Below, one piece after another: positions 13,871-26,600 of a stretch of DNA of 64,000 nucleotides. Source of the stretch: the human T2T-CHM13v2.0 reference genome, Homo sapiens; the NCBI RefSeq assembly GCF_009914755.1, contig NC_060926.1; one strand, written 5' to 3'. The notes beneath the pieces were generated by a model. It worked only from the letters and a program-made list of their open reading frames with translations. It had not been told where the DNA came from and made no database searches. The first letter of the stretch is position 1. Each line of letters begins with the position of its first letter. The position numbers were made by a program, and so were the translations under genes.

Positions 13871-14413
13871 TGTATTAGCCAGGTTCTCTAGAGAAACAGG
13901 ACCAACAGGATATATGTAAAGAGATTTGTAATAAAGAATTGACTCATGTGGTTATGGAGGCAGGCAAGTCCCAAGATCTTCAGGGTGAGTCAGCAAGCTG
14001 GAGACTGACTCAGGAGAGTCGATGGTGTTTCAGCCTGTCTGAAAGCCTGAGAACCAAGAAAGCCAATGATATAGTTCTTAGCAGCAGCAGGCTCAAGACC
14101 GAGGAAAAGCCAGTATTTCATTTTGAGTCTAAAGGCAGGAAAATAAAAAAAATTGATACCCTAGTTTGAAGGTGTCAGACAGGAATAATTCTGTCTTGTT
14201 TGAGGGAGGGTCAGCCTTCTCAAACTAGTCAAGCCTTCAACTGATTAGATGAGGCCCACTCACATTAGGGAGGACAATCTGCTTTACTCAGTCTACCAAT
14301 TCCAGGGTTAATCTCATCCAAAAACACCCTCAAAGAAACACCCAGAATAATGTCTGACCAAATAGCTGAGCATCTCATGACCCAATCAAACTAACATAAA
14401 ATTAACCATCACA
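13871..14413 (-). mobile_element. MLT2 (ERVL) solo LTR
   Basis: tgtattagccaggttctctagagaaacag ... aaattaaccatcaca; 5 bp flanks ccatg/ctgtg fit a TSD ccgtg after CpG decay. Confidence 0.9.
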
Positions 14414-15127
14414 CTGTGTGATACTTTCATTCTTTAGCTTGGTGCCAGAATTCTTTTTCCATTTAAATGTAATCAGTAGATTTTGTTATTTGTTGTTGTT
14501 TCTAGATATTGTGGTGGTTGTTATTTTATTGCTTTTGCTAAGCTTTTATGTGAATTGAACACGGACCAATATTCACCAAGCATCAACTATGAACTCCACA
14601 GAGTGCTGTATACTTAACTTATTTAATCCAAACCTCACTGGTATATTCCCTCCAGGGCATTTCAGGAAGACAAATGACAAATGAGCATAAGACACCACAC
14701 AAGTGAAACCATGCATCATAAAATTATTTCTTCCACCAAATGCACACAGATTTTTATTCTCAGGCCTGACTCACCAAGGGCAAAAAGGACTGAGATAGAG
14801 ATGTGTGTGGTATAGTATAAATCTAACTGACAAGCTTTTAAAACATAAGTCCATTATTGTCATTAATAAATGTTAGTTAAGTACACTGGAAACACCATTA
14901 ACCATCTGTGGTTTAATTGTTAATTGTTCAATAAGCAAACTTTCACTCTGAGTGGTATCTTTAAGCCATGCAGGGGTTTCCTCTAATCACCTGGTTTATG
15001 AAAACTCGTGAAAGTAGGTTGTAAATATTTATAGATTTATGTCAACAAAATAAGTCTCATGGTTCTCTACAGCAGCATAAAGGAAAAGAAGAGAAACAAC
15101 ATATAAACTAAAATAAAAACTGAAAAG

Positions 15128-16893
15128 AATACATCCTTCACAAACATTAACTCAAAATGGAAGGTAGGCCTAATTATAAATCACAAAACTATAAAACGCT
15201 TAGAAGATAACATAGGAGAAAACCTAGGTAACCCTGGATATGGTAATGACCTTTTAGATACAGCACAAAGGTACAATCCATGAAAAAAATAACTGATAAG
15301 CAGGACTTATTAAAATGTAAAACTTCTGCTCTGCAAAACACATAATCTAGAGAATGAGAAAACAGCCACCAGCTGGGAGAAAATATTTGCAAAACACATA
15401 TCTGATAAATAACTATTATCCAAAATATACAAAGAATTCATAAACTCAACAATAAGAAAACAAACAATCCAATTAAAAATGGGTTAAAGATCCTGAACAG
15501 ACACCTCACCAAATACGATGTACAGATGGCAAATAAGCTTATGAAAACATGCCTCACAGCATATGTCATCAGGGAGACACAAATTAAAACAACGAGATAT
15601 CCCTATACACCTATTAGAATGGCCAAAATTCAAAACACTGATAACACCAAATGCTGTTGAGGATGTGGAACAACAGAAACTCTCATTCATTGCTGATGGA
15701 AGTAGAAAATGATATGGCCACTTTGGAAGACAGTTTGGTGGCTTCTCCCAAAACTAATCGAATTCATGTTGCGAGAAGTCAGGGACCCCGAACGGAGGGA
15801 CCTGCTGAAGCCCTGAAGCCGTGACAGAAAAACATAAATTGTGAAGATTTCATGGACATTTATTACTTCCCCAATCAATACCCTTATAATTTCCTGTGCC
15901 TGTCTTTACTTTAATCTCTTAATCCCATGATCTTTGTAAGCTGAGGACGTATGTCCCTCAGGACCCTGTCATGATTGCGTTAACTGCACAAATTGTTCAT
16001 AAAGCATGTGTGTTTGAACAATATGAAATCTAGGCACCTTGAAAAAAGAACAGGATAACAGCAATATTCAGGGAACAAGGGAGATAACCATTAGGTCTGA
16101 CTGCCTGGGAGCCAGGCAGGACAGAGCCATATTTCTCTTATTACCAAAAACGGGTAAGAGAAATATCACTGAATCCTTTCCCCAGTAAGGAATATTAATA
16201 ATTAACAGCCCTGGGAAAAGAATGCATTCCCGGGGGGGCCTCTAAAATGGCCGCTCTGGGGGGTGCCTGCCTTATGCAGTTGCAGATAAGGGATGAAACA
16301 CGCCCTGGCCTCCTACAGCGCTCCCAGGCTTGCTAGGATTAGGAAATTCCAGCCTGGCGAATTCTAGTCAGACCAGTTCTCTGCTCTTGAAACCTGTTTC
16401 CTGCTAAGATGTTTATCAATGACAATGTGTGCCCAGTGGGACATGGACCTTCATTAGTAATTCTAGTTTCACCCTGGCCTTGTGACCTTGCCCTGCCCAT
16501 TTGCCTTGTGATAATTTGTTGCCCTTGAAGTATGTGATCTCTGTGACCCACACCCTATTCGTACACTCCCTCCCCTTTGAAAATTACTAATAAAAACTTG
16601 CTGATTTTATGGTTCAGGGGGCATCAGGGAACCTGCTGACATGTGATGTCTCCCCCAGACACCCAACTTTAAAATTTCTCTCTTTTGTACTCTTTCCCTT
16701 TATTTCTCAGGCCGGCTGACACTTAGGAAAATAGAAAAAGAACCTACGTTGAAATACTGGGGGCTGGTTCCCCCGATACTTACCACGTGATCTAGCAATG
16801 ATGCTCATTGATATTGACCCAAAGGAGCTAAAAAAATTATGTCCACATAAAAACTTGCACGCAGATGTTTATAGCAGTTTTATTCACAATTGC
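15128..16893 (+). mobile_element. L1MC ORF2 3' region interrupted by MER11
   Basis: L1 sequence at 15128-15757 resumes at 16779 (cttaccacgtgatctagcaat) and runs to 16893. Confidence 0.85.
15767..16778 (+). mobile_element. MER11A-like solo LTR (HML-8/HERV-K11)
   Basis: Starts tgttgcgagaagtcagggaccccgaacggagggac, ends ttcccccgata; ~1 kb; AATAAA near 16588. Confidence 0.92.
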
Positions 16894-17268
16894 TGTATTA
16901 AGGGTCCATTTTCATGAGGCTGATAAAGACATACCAGAGACTGAGTAATTTATACAAGAAAAAGGTTTAATGTGCTTGCAGTTCCACGTGTCTGGGGAAG
17001 CCTCACAATCATGGCAGAAGGCAAGGAGGAGCAAGTCACATATTACATGGATGGCAGCAGGCAAAGAGAGAGAGCCCTTGTGCAGGCAAATTCCCATTTT
17101 TAAAACCATCAGATATTGTGAGACTTATTCACTATCACAAAAACAGTACGGGAAAGATCTGCCTCCATGATTCAATTACCTCCCACCAGGTTCCTCCCAC
17201 GAAACGTGGGAATTTTAGGGGTACAATTCAAGATGAGATTTGGGTGAGGACACAGCCAAACCATATCA
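16894..17268 (-). mobile_element. THE1C-like LTR
   Basis: tgtatta...gctgataaagacatacc...gcaaggaggagcaagtcaca...cagccaaaccatatca. Confidence 0.92.
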
Positions 17269-17665
17269 TTCCACTCGGCCTCTCCCAAATCTCATGTCCT
17301 CACATTTCAAAACCAATCATGCCTGCCCAACAGTCCCCCAAAGTCTTAACTCATTTCAGCATTAACTCAAAAGTTCACAGTCCAAAGTCTCATCTGAGAA
17401 AAAGCAAGTCCCTTTTGCCTATGAGCCTGTAAAATCAAAGGCAAGATACAATGGGGGTACAGGCATTGGGTAAACACAGCCTGTGCCAAATGGGAGAAAT
17501 TGGTCAAAACAAAGAGACCACAGGCCCCATACAAGTCTGAAATCCAGCAGGGCAGTCAAATCTTAAAGCACCAAAATGATCTCCTTTGACTCCATGTCTC
17601 ACATCCAGGTCATGCTGTTGCAAGAGGTGGGTTCCCTTGTTCTTGGGCAGCTCTGCCCCTGTGGC
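17269..17665 (-). mobile_element. THE1 internal sequence, truncated
   Basis: cccaaatctcatgtcctcacatttcaaaaccaatcatgcc...cagtcaaatcttaaagcaccaaaatgatctcctttgactcc follows the LTR directly. Confidence 0.9.
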
Positions 17666-17853
17666 ACTTCAGCCTCCCGAGTAGCTGGGATTACAGGCAT
17701 GCACCACCATGCCCAGCTAATTTGTGTGTTTTTAGTAGAGACAGGGTTTCACCATGTTGGCCAAGCTGGTCTCAAACTCCTGGCCTCAAGTGATCCACCT
17801 GCCTTGGCCTCCCAAAGGGCTGGGTTTATAGGTGTGAGCCACCATGCCTGGCC
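17666..17853 (-). mobile_element. Partial AluS (3' end and poly-A missing)
   Basis: Left arm and start of right arm only; abuts THE1-int. Confidence 0.92.
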
Positions 17854-17944
17854 AATGTTTGGCTTTCTTAGACTTCCCCTTCTTAACACACACACTACTC
17901 TAAATACTAGGTCTTTAATTCCATAAATGCCCCCCACAGATCTG

Positions 17945-18290
17945 TAACCAACAGTCTTGCCACAATAACAAACAGCACCAAAATCTCAGTTGCCTGATAC
18001 ACACAAAGGTCTGATGCATGTCTGGATGATATCCTCAATCCAAGTGCTCAAAGATGGCTCAGGGATCTGCCTGCTTCCACCTTATGATACTCCCTCTCAC
18101 ACATTCCAAGACTCACCACAGCAGGGGAAGAGAACATGGGAGGGTTCCATGCCACAAATGAAATGCTTCAGCATAGAAGCCACAGTCATCTCACTATCCA
18201 AAGGCCAGAACCCACTGCATGGGTGGCAGGGAAGTGTCCTTCTCTCATGTGCCCAGAAGAGGAACATCAGAAATGGGTGGGCACTGGAAG
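17945..18290. mobile_element. MLT1-type LTR remnant
   Basis: ataacaaacagcaccaaaatctcagt...ggccagaac...gggaagtgtccttctctcatgtgcccagaagagga. Confidence 0.55.
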
Positions 18291-18539
18291 TTTTGATATA
18301 CTAGTCTTAACTAAACAGTGTCCAAGCTCTCAACCCTTCTTACTCTGCAAAATCTGCCCAGAATCTGAATTGTAAAGGTGACAAAAACTTTACATTCTCA
18401 CACTTCTGTCCCCTCTTGATATAGTTAGCAATTTAAGTAAGAAGAAAGGCCTTGTCCTGGGTCCTCTCATGACATCAGAGAGGACATCTTTGATCATTTG
18501 TATGATTTTTTCCATGCCATGACTCTTCTACTCTAAGTT

Positions 18540-18810
18540 GAACTCTTTTCTTCTCAACTTCAGACTCATATCAAATGTCTGCTTGATAGCTCCACTTGTG
18601 TGGCTAATAAATATCTCAAACCAATGTGTCCCAAACTGAACTCCTTAGTTTTATGCAAAAATCTGCTCCACAAATCTCAATTGATGGTAACTCCATTTTT
18701 CTAGTTTCTCAGGCCAAAATCTTGGTGTTATCCCTGATTCCTCTCTATCACACCCCACATCCAATCCATCAGGAAATTCTTTTGGCTCTAACTTCAAAAT
18801 ATATTCATGG
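18540..18810 (+). mobile_element. L2 fragment
   Basis: cttcagactcatat...tgtcccaaactgaactcc...ccaatccatcaggaaattc. Confidence 0.75.
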
Positions 18811-18839
18811 CTGACATAAACTGACCAAGTCATCATTTT

Positions 18840-19972
18840 GGTGTTTTAGTGCCTCTTCCACAAGGGAGACTCTCTGGTATATATCAACACATGATGCAAA
18901 TATCTTCACACTCTTGCCTCCTTCCATACATTCATCCACGAGCCTCTTCCCCAGACCTCTTTGTCCCCAATCTGCTAATCTCGCTCCTTCCAGAACATGA
19001 TCAACCAGCTAAGTCATTTACCACTGCCCATCAGTCCACATTCATTCTTCCCTTGGGCAATTTCTCTTCCTACACAAAATGAATTACCAAGTATAAAGCC
19101 CAAAATTGTGCCCACTGGGAAATTTACCTTCCCCACTGTCTTTCAGGGACACTTGGAATGGGGCTGCAATGCAGCAGCAATGTTGACATTTACAAACATG
19201 CCAGGACAACCCATCCATGAACCAAGCTTGGATTTTTCTCACCTGTCAGCTGGTCATAAGAAACCCCATGAGACCTAGATGTGAACAAGAGAGAAGGCAA
19301 TGGTGCAACTGTGATGGGTGGCATGGGAATTTGGGTTTCTGTTCTTGCAACCTACCTGTACTCTCTTCCTTCCGAAGCCTGATACCAGATGTACTCCTTT
19401 CATACTATGACAGATGATTCATGAATCCAACTTGGTGAGTCTAACGGTACCTAGCACATGATAGGAATTTCTAGCCTACCACTTTCTGTCTTCTGCTAGG
19501 GTCATAACATGACAAGATCTGTTTTCCAAGTGATATGTGGTTCTCTGTTGCAGAGAGCATGCACTTGCTCCAGAAGACTAGGGATCTACTCCACACTCTC
19601 CTGTTGGAGCTTGGCACTGCCTTCAGTGCAGCATCCTTGTCTCCCACAGATATCTCTAATACTCTGAGGTCTTCCAGATCATTTTGCCCAAGCAACATGT
19701 CTGCTTGTGCCACAGCCTGGATGTGCTATGGAGAACTTTCTTGCTCTGGACCCCACTCAAAATTAACTGTTTTTCCCATCACCCCATAAAATGGTTGGAG
19801 TAGTATCTACAAGTGCAAAATATGCTGCCTCCAAAACCTGAGGAGGCTTTCCAAGTTTTATACTGCTTCCTTAGTTATTTGGTGAACCCCTGAATCTGTA
19901 GAGTTTAACTCCCACTCTCTGAAACACAACCATCTTACTAAGGCATCCAGAGTGCCTGCTACTTGTAGCTCC
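18840..19972 (-). mobile_element. ERVL-class internal sequence, pol (tether/RNase H) remnant; probably continues at ~21056-21900
   Basis: Minus translation gives FWSKCMLSATENHISLGKQILSCY (cf. FWSKAMPSAAENYSPFEKQLLACY), AAALQP..LKDSGEGK, WAVVNDLAG, IGDKEVWGRG. Confidence 0.8.
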
Positions 19973-20410
19973 TGTGATGGTTAATTTTATAGGTCAACTT
20001 GAGTGGGTGCAAGACTGCCCAGATATTTGATTAGAAAATATTCTGAGTATGCCTGTGAGGATGTTTCTGGGTGATATCAACTTTTAACTCAGTAAACTGA
20101 ATAAAGCAGATTGGCCTCCCCAGTGTGTGTGGGCCTCATCCAATCTGTTGAAGGACTGAATAGAACATAAAGGCTGAGTAAGGGAGAATTTGTTCTCTCT
20201 GCCTGATTGCCTTCTCGTTGGAACTTTGGTCTTCTCCTGCCTTTGGACTTGTACCCAGACTTGAACTATACCACCGGCTCTTCTGGGTCTATGGCTTGCT
20301 GCAGATCAAGGGGTTTCTCAGCCTTCATAATCACTTGAACCAATTCCAGTCAATCAGTCAGTCAATTAAACCTATTGGTTCTGTTTCTCTGGAGAACCCT
20401 GACTAATACG
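19973..20410 (+). mobile_element. MLT2D-like LTR
   Basis: tgtgatggttaattttataggtcaacttga ... tggttctgtttctctggagaaccctgactaatac. Confidence 0.9.
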
Positions 20411-20549
20411 AGGGTCTACTCTAAACTTACAAGTATTGTACACTCCAAGAAACACTTATAATGGTACATTTTTTTTAATGTCAGGTCAAGAAAGAGACCA
20501 TGAAAGAAAGGAAAATGGTGTTCTCTTACTTTTTAAACAAGAATTCCAC

Positions 20550-21046
20550 TTTTTACAACTTTTAAGTTCAAGGGTCCATGTGCAGGTTACACAGGTAAAC
20601 TTGTGTCATGGGAGTTTGTTGTACAGATTATTTCATCACCCAGGTGTTAAGCCTAATATCTATTAGTTATTTTTCCTGATCCTCTCCCTCTTCCCATCTC
20701 CGCCCTCCAAAAGGCTCTAGTGTGTGTGATTCCCTTCTATGTGTCCATGTGTTCTCATCATTTAGCTTCCATTTATAAGTGAGAACATGCAGTATTTGGT
20801 TTTCTGTTCCCGCATTAGTTTGTTAAGGATAATGGCCTTCAGCTCCATCCATTTCCCTGCAAAGAACGTGGTCTCATTCTTTTTAATGGCTGTATAGTAT
20901 TCCATGGTGTATATGTACCACATTTTGTTAATCCAATCTGTCATTGATGGATTTAGGTTGACTCCATGTCTTTGCTCCTGTGAATAGCGCTGCAATGAAC
21001 ATACACATGTATGTGTCTTTATAACAAAATAATTTATATTCCTTTG
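20550..21046 (-). mobile_element. 5'-truncated older L1PA 3' end
   Basis: L1PA13-16-like 3' UTR; TSD gaattccac (20541-20549) / gaatcccac (21047-21055). Confidence 0.9.
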
Positions 21047-22611
21047 GAATCCCACATTTTTTATTTGCACCAAACTCTGCCACTAGATTCTTCATTTCTG
21101 AAATAGTATCTCCTATTGTCAGCCCACAGAAGAAGGCAAGCTTCTTAGCAATGCTGATGTCCCCTCTGCATGGTGTATCCCTTATGACCTTGGCAGAGTG
21201 TTTCCTCCCAAGGAAGACAGTCAGCTGGCAAGTGTTCAAGTCTCCCATATTAGAGTACTCTTTACATGCCTGCTTCTCTCTACTCATTTTTCCTTTTCTC
21301 CACAGTCTGCCCTGGCTGTTCTGACATCTCTACTTCTTTTCATGTGGCCCATCACTTTTTCCAAGCCTCCTGATCTATCCCAGTGATACATTAGAAATCA
21401 TCTTCTGGGTTCCTTTCCAGGGTGCTAAATGCTGTATCACAAGAACATGCCCCCATATTGACAATTCTTCATTACCCACCTTTAGTCTCCCCCCTTGATC
21501 CAGAACCCCCATATCCACTCTCAGTCATCCTCCTCACTGATTTGGGTGAACCAGGTCCATCTGCTCCTTTGGTCGTCCCAATACCCACCCAGTTGAGTCT
21601 TGCTGAGATATAGCCCTGGTAATTGGTCTGGTGACCAGGAAGAAAATAGGGGAAGATCCTAAGAAAGCCAGGATTGTCTTATAAAGCACCTACTTTATTG
21701 GAGGTTTCTGCATTGTCTTCAAGTAAAGGGGAGGGGGTGGTTCTATCTTCCAATAAAGGGGAAAGTCCACAAGGTTCAGAGAAATTGTCAATTCAGGGTG
21801 CTCTTGTGTATCTACATAGACACCATCCCAAATCTCATGGTACACTCTTTCCCTATCAGGCTCTGGCTTTGGTCTAGGGTAAAAAAGGTTAAACCCTGTT
21901 GAATGCAGTCAAATATCATCAGACTAATTATCAGACTTGCTGTCTAAGAATTAGCCTCCTGACAGCTCATCTACATCACTCTATGTGCGAAATTAACCTA
22001 TTTGTTACTCAAACCTCACAGCCTCTCTGTTCCAAAGCTGTCTTGATAACACCCCTATCCTTGCAATAACCCATGCTCAAAACTCAAAGTATCTCTTTTA
22101 ATCCCTCTATTTCTCAAAAAGTAAAATCTATCTCACAATTTTGCACTTCCGTGACTTCCATGTGTAATTCCTCGCTGCCACTTTTGCAATTTCTCTTTGT
22201 CATCTTCACTTCCATCACCCAAAGTCACGTTCCCTTTTATTGATTAGAACCTCCTCACTGGTCTTGCTACCTCTAGATAACCTTCATATTTATCTTGTAT
22301 ATGAACATCAGATTAGTCCTCCAGCAGCCAACCTGTGTCATATGATGAGACTTTCCAAAAACTGTCAACAATAAATACTAAAGTACAACCCCTTTAAAGA
22401 GCTAATCAGTGTCCTCCATGACCTGACTCTACTCTGGCATTACATAACCTTCCCTTTTATTTTTTACAAGTATTTCCCTCTGTACATCACTCTTCCTAAA
22501 TTGTGTGACCTTATTCTCCATCCTTTCCTCACCCTTTCCTCCCACTGTTTATCTACTAGCTCTATTAGCTTGTGTGGGAAATCCACTTACATTCAACCTC
22601 CATGATGCAGT

Positions 22612-22850
22612 CTGGTGAGGAATAGAGCTCTATGGTTAAATGGCCAGACTCTAGAGCCAAACTGCACCACTTATTGCAAGCTATTTAATCTCTATGCCTT
22701 CGTTTTGCTTCCTGAAAAAATGGGGATTGGGGCAGAAGAAGTGAGAGAATAATAGCATCCACCTTACAGGGTGTTTGCAAGAATTAAATGAGCTAATAAA
22801 TGATTAAGATAGTCCAAGCCTGGTATTTGGTTAGTTAGCAATTAACAGAA
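22612..22850 (+). mobile_element. MIR
   Basis: ggttaaatggccagactctagagccaaactgc...atttaatctctatgcct...aagaattaaatgagctaat. Confidence 0.65.
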
Positions 22851-23829
22851 ATTGACTATTCATATTAACTATCACCTCCTTCTAATAGTCTTCCCTGATC
22901 CCTCTAGTAAAAATAACCTCTTCCTTCTCCCAAATAGAACGATGACTTTTTTTGTCCTTCTCTAATGATTTTTATCACTTCCTACCATGGGGTATTTATT
23001 TTTATAGACATTCTATTTTGTCTGTAGAATATAAGCTTCAGTTCATCATTGTTCCTCCCGACTCAATAAATTTCGTATATTTAGCATTAAATTGAATGAA
23101 GAACTTGTTGGTTGTCAGACTGAATGTAACTATGGTGAGAGGGGTAGGCTTTTTTTTTCCACTCTGTTAGAAGTTATCTTCACTGTCATACCCTGAAGCA
23201 AATTTCATCAAAATAAAGGAATATCTGCATGTCCTATTCCTGCCTAGATTCTCTTTTGCATTTATTATTTCTCACCAAATATAAGCCATTTGCACAAAAT
23301 AGCCATGACAATGAACTATTAAATGGAACCAACAACCATTGTCTCTGCTCCCCACCCTTCGTAAGCACCACAGCAAATAAGGCAAACCTTAACGAAGATC
23401 CACAGATAAGAGGCTTCTGCAGTTGCCTTCTCCTCCTTGTGAATTCCTTACCACGGGTTGCGTCTCAATAATGGCACTTTTATTCTGCTTCCACATTGCG
23501 GACATTTACACATAGGTCTTATACTCACTCCTTTGCTATTAAAATGGAAGCTCCTAAGATTCTCGACAACAGCTCATTTATTTTTGTATCCCCTACAGTG
23601 CCTTGCACTGTGCTGAAAATAGAATGAATCGATACTATGTATTTGAACCACAGAAAAAGGAATCTTGATTTGTGAATGTTGAAATTCAGTGAGAGTGTAG
23701 GAAGGAAAACATTATCTGGAAAGAAATCCAAATGACATAAAAACAGTGTTGAGCTATATATGAAATAATCCAGCACTCAAAAAGCAAAGTTCTGAGTCTT
23801 TACCATAAAAGTTCAAAGTTTTTTACTGT

Positions 23830-24080
23830 AGCCTAGTGAAGAAACATGAAATTAGGAGTTGAATTGAATTAGTTTTGAATATGTGTGTACCATTCATTAG
23901 ATATTTAACCTTGAACATATTATTTACACTTCCTGAGTTTCAGAACCTCTTATTGAGAGTGAAAGGAATGTTCATCTTGTATCCTTGAGTCAAGATTTAA
24001 ATGAGGAAAGATATAAAGGTATCCTGAATAAGGCTCAGTATATAAAGCATATACAGTAAGTGACTAATAATGCTAGTTCT
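23830..24080 (+). mobile_element. MIR
   Basis: gtagcctagtg...accttgaacatattatttacacttcctgagtttcag...gatttaaatgag. Confidence 0.55.
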
Positions 24081-26399
24081 GTTGAATATGACTTGATACG
24101 TGCTAGTATGTAAAAAAATAAACAATGCAAGCCCAGCTTATCTTTCAGGAAGAGCCAAGAGAGATGACATCAGCCATTAACTGAACAAAAGGAGACGAAA
24201 TGAGTTAAGACAAGACAATAAGCACAGGCCTTTGTGAATATTGGGAAAAGACCAAGCTCATGTGCTGGGTATGATGCAATGCTTCTCTGTCTCTTCTTCT
24301 AAGTCCTGCAAAACATTTAAGATATAAAATGGGAATTGATTTTATCAGAACAATTCACAGAATAATTGAACCAGAAAATGTGTATTTCACTTTTACAGAG
24401 ATGATTTTCAAGAACACTCATAGCTTATACAGAGTCCCTCATGGAAAAAAGAACCACCGAAATGAAACCTTGATCGATGACCACAGAGGAGGAAACTAGA
24501 GTAGGGGTGCATGTCCTAACATTAGAGTAGTTTCAAAAATAGCCCCCAAAGGGATTCTTAAGTTCCTCAAGCAAAGTGGGAGAGCAAACAGAAGACACAG
24601 AAGATTTGCTGTTCTGTGTGTCCCCTTAGCCAATGCCCTTCCTTCCCCACACCCCTATCTGTTGATTCTTGGGCCTCTGTGATTCATGACAGCATCATCA
24701 TGGAAACTGGGGGCCACACCAAAGAAAATGGTTGCACCCAGGAAATCATCGACACTAAGTTTTCACAATTTGAATGATCTAAGCACCCATACTACCACTG
24801 ATGCCACCTCATCTAACTTGTCCAACTCTCTTCCATCACTACTATCCTTCGTCACCAAGCCATGCCTGCTGCAGGGAGAGCCAGAACCACAGAATCCAAA
24901 GCTCTAAAGAGAGTACAGTTTCCACTCACTGGTTTTCCAAGGGCTTAGTGGTACTTCTGCCCAAATCCAAAAATCATAGACTTAGAAACAATACTTCAAC
25001 GGGGGAAAAACAAAACCTTCAAAATACTTCCTGCAATATGATATTCCAGGGGTGAAAAGTGATTATGAAAATCCTTGGTGTTACAGTCAGTGGAATGATA
25101 CACCCTATGTACTGAAGGATGTATGTCCAAAAGAAAGTTGGACTTACAGGAGCTTTTATAAGAGGAAAGCTTGTTTGTTTCCTCTTGTAAACAAGGGTTG
25201 CTTCCTGGAAGATTTCAACAAGGAGGGTTAGAAACAATGACATGAACCAAATAAATGATGCAAATAAATTAAAAACAACAACAATAACCAGCCTCTGGAA
25301 TTAGAAGTGATTACATACACCATGACTTATGATAGGGGAAATTATGACAAATGCGTAAAAGTATAACTTTGAAGTCTAATGGGTTGGTCACGTTTCTCCA
25401 TACAAATAACCACACCACACTCACAACCATAAGATATATTTCAAAAGACTAGAGTTTCCTCCACTTCAAGCTTTCTCTTCTCAGATCTTTCCAACTGCAG
25501 CTTTTGTCCTCATGTTAGCAATGACTATAGCAGGCAAAGGTTAGAGTCTGCATAAATGAAGCTGGTCCCCTTTGTTTGATGGATCCAACATTACACCGAC
25601 CAAGTAAACATCCTCCTTTCTTAGCACCATAGACACACTGGCTCTCCCTCCTCATTTCGCCTAATAGAAAATGCACCAAGCTACAAATGTATGTGTTATC
25701 AAAGTGCCAAGGCCAAATCCAAAACAATTAGTGTAAAATCAATTTAATCAATCAAAACAAATTACAAATATGGCACTGTATTATTGTATGTACATGTATT
25801 GAATTATATGTCATTGTTATCATTGGATTATTGTATTTCAATAAATTGCAGTGCAAAAAACTTACTTTTCAAGCACATGCTATATGAAAAACATAACATT
25901 TTCATCAAGTAGAAATTGAAAATAAGTGTTAAAATGTTCAATGTAAAGCATATAATTAATATATGATTTCACAGTCCAGGTCAGTTGAAATATTATTACA
26001 GAGAAGAGCAATTAAGAGAATTTTAAATTACTAAAGCTTATTAATAAATGAGAAAATGATATTAGAAACAACTATATTTAATGAAGTCAAATGAAACTAT
26101 ATTTATTTAGTACTGTCTCTTCACAGCTTTAGATAAAAGTTTATTCTAGAACGATGACCTAAAATATAAGAGGTCTTTAATTTATTAGGTGCTCCCTTAA
26201 TGTATTTACTAGTGGTATCCAGTGAATCCCTAGTATGTAAAATGTGTTTATTCCAAAATTTAAATAATCATTGGCTGAATTTTGGCAAGTAGGCAATATA
26301 GTCTCTACTTCATGCAATAATTGCAAATGTAATAAGAGATTTATCAAGGCATAGCCAAGGACGGAGTTTACATTGTGTCTTATTTTATTGTATTTACAG

Positions 26400-26600
26400 C
26401 TAATATATATTGAGTGCTCACTCTGTACTAAGCACTTGATCAGCATTGTTTCATTTAATGCTAGAAACATTCCTATGAGGTTGGTAATAACGATTGCCTC
26501 CATTTGACAAAAATTAGGAACCTGAGGCAAAGAGAACTTGGGTAGCTTGCCAAGGTCACACACTAGTAAATGGCAGAGTCATGACCTAAATGAAGTCCAC
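26400..26600 (-). mobile_element. MIR
   Basis: tattgagtgctcactctgtactaagcact...cctatgaggttggta...cttgccaaggtcacaca. Confidence 0.75.
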
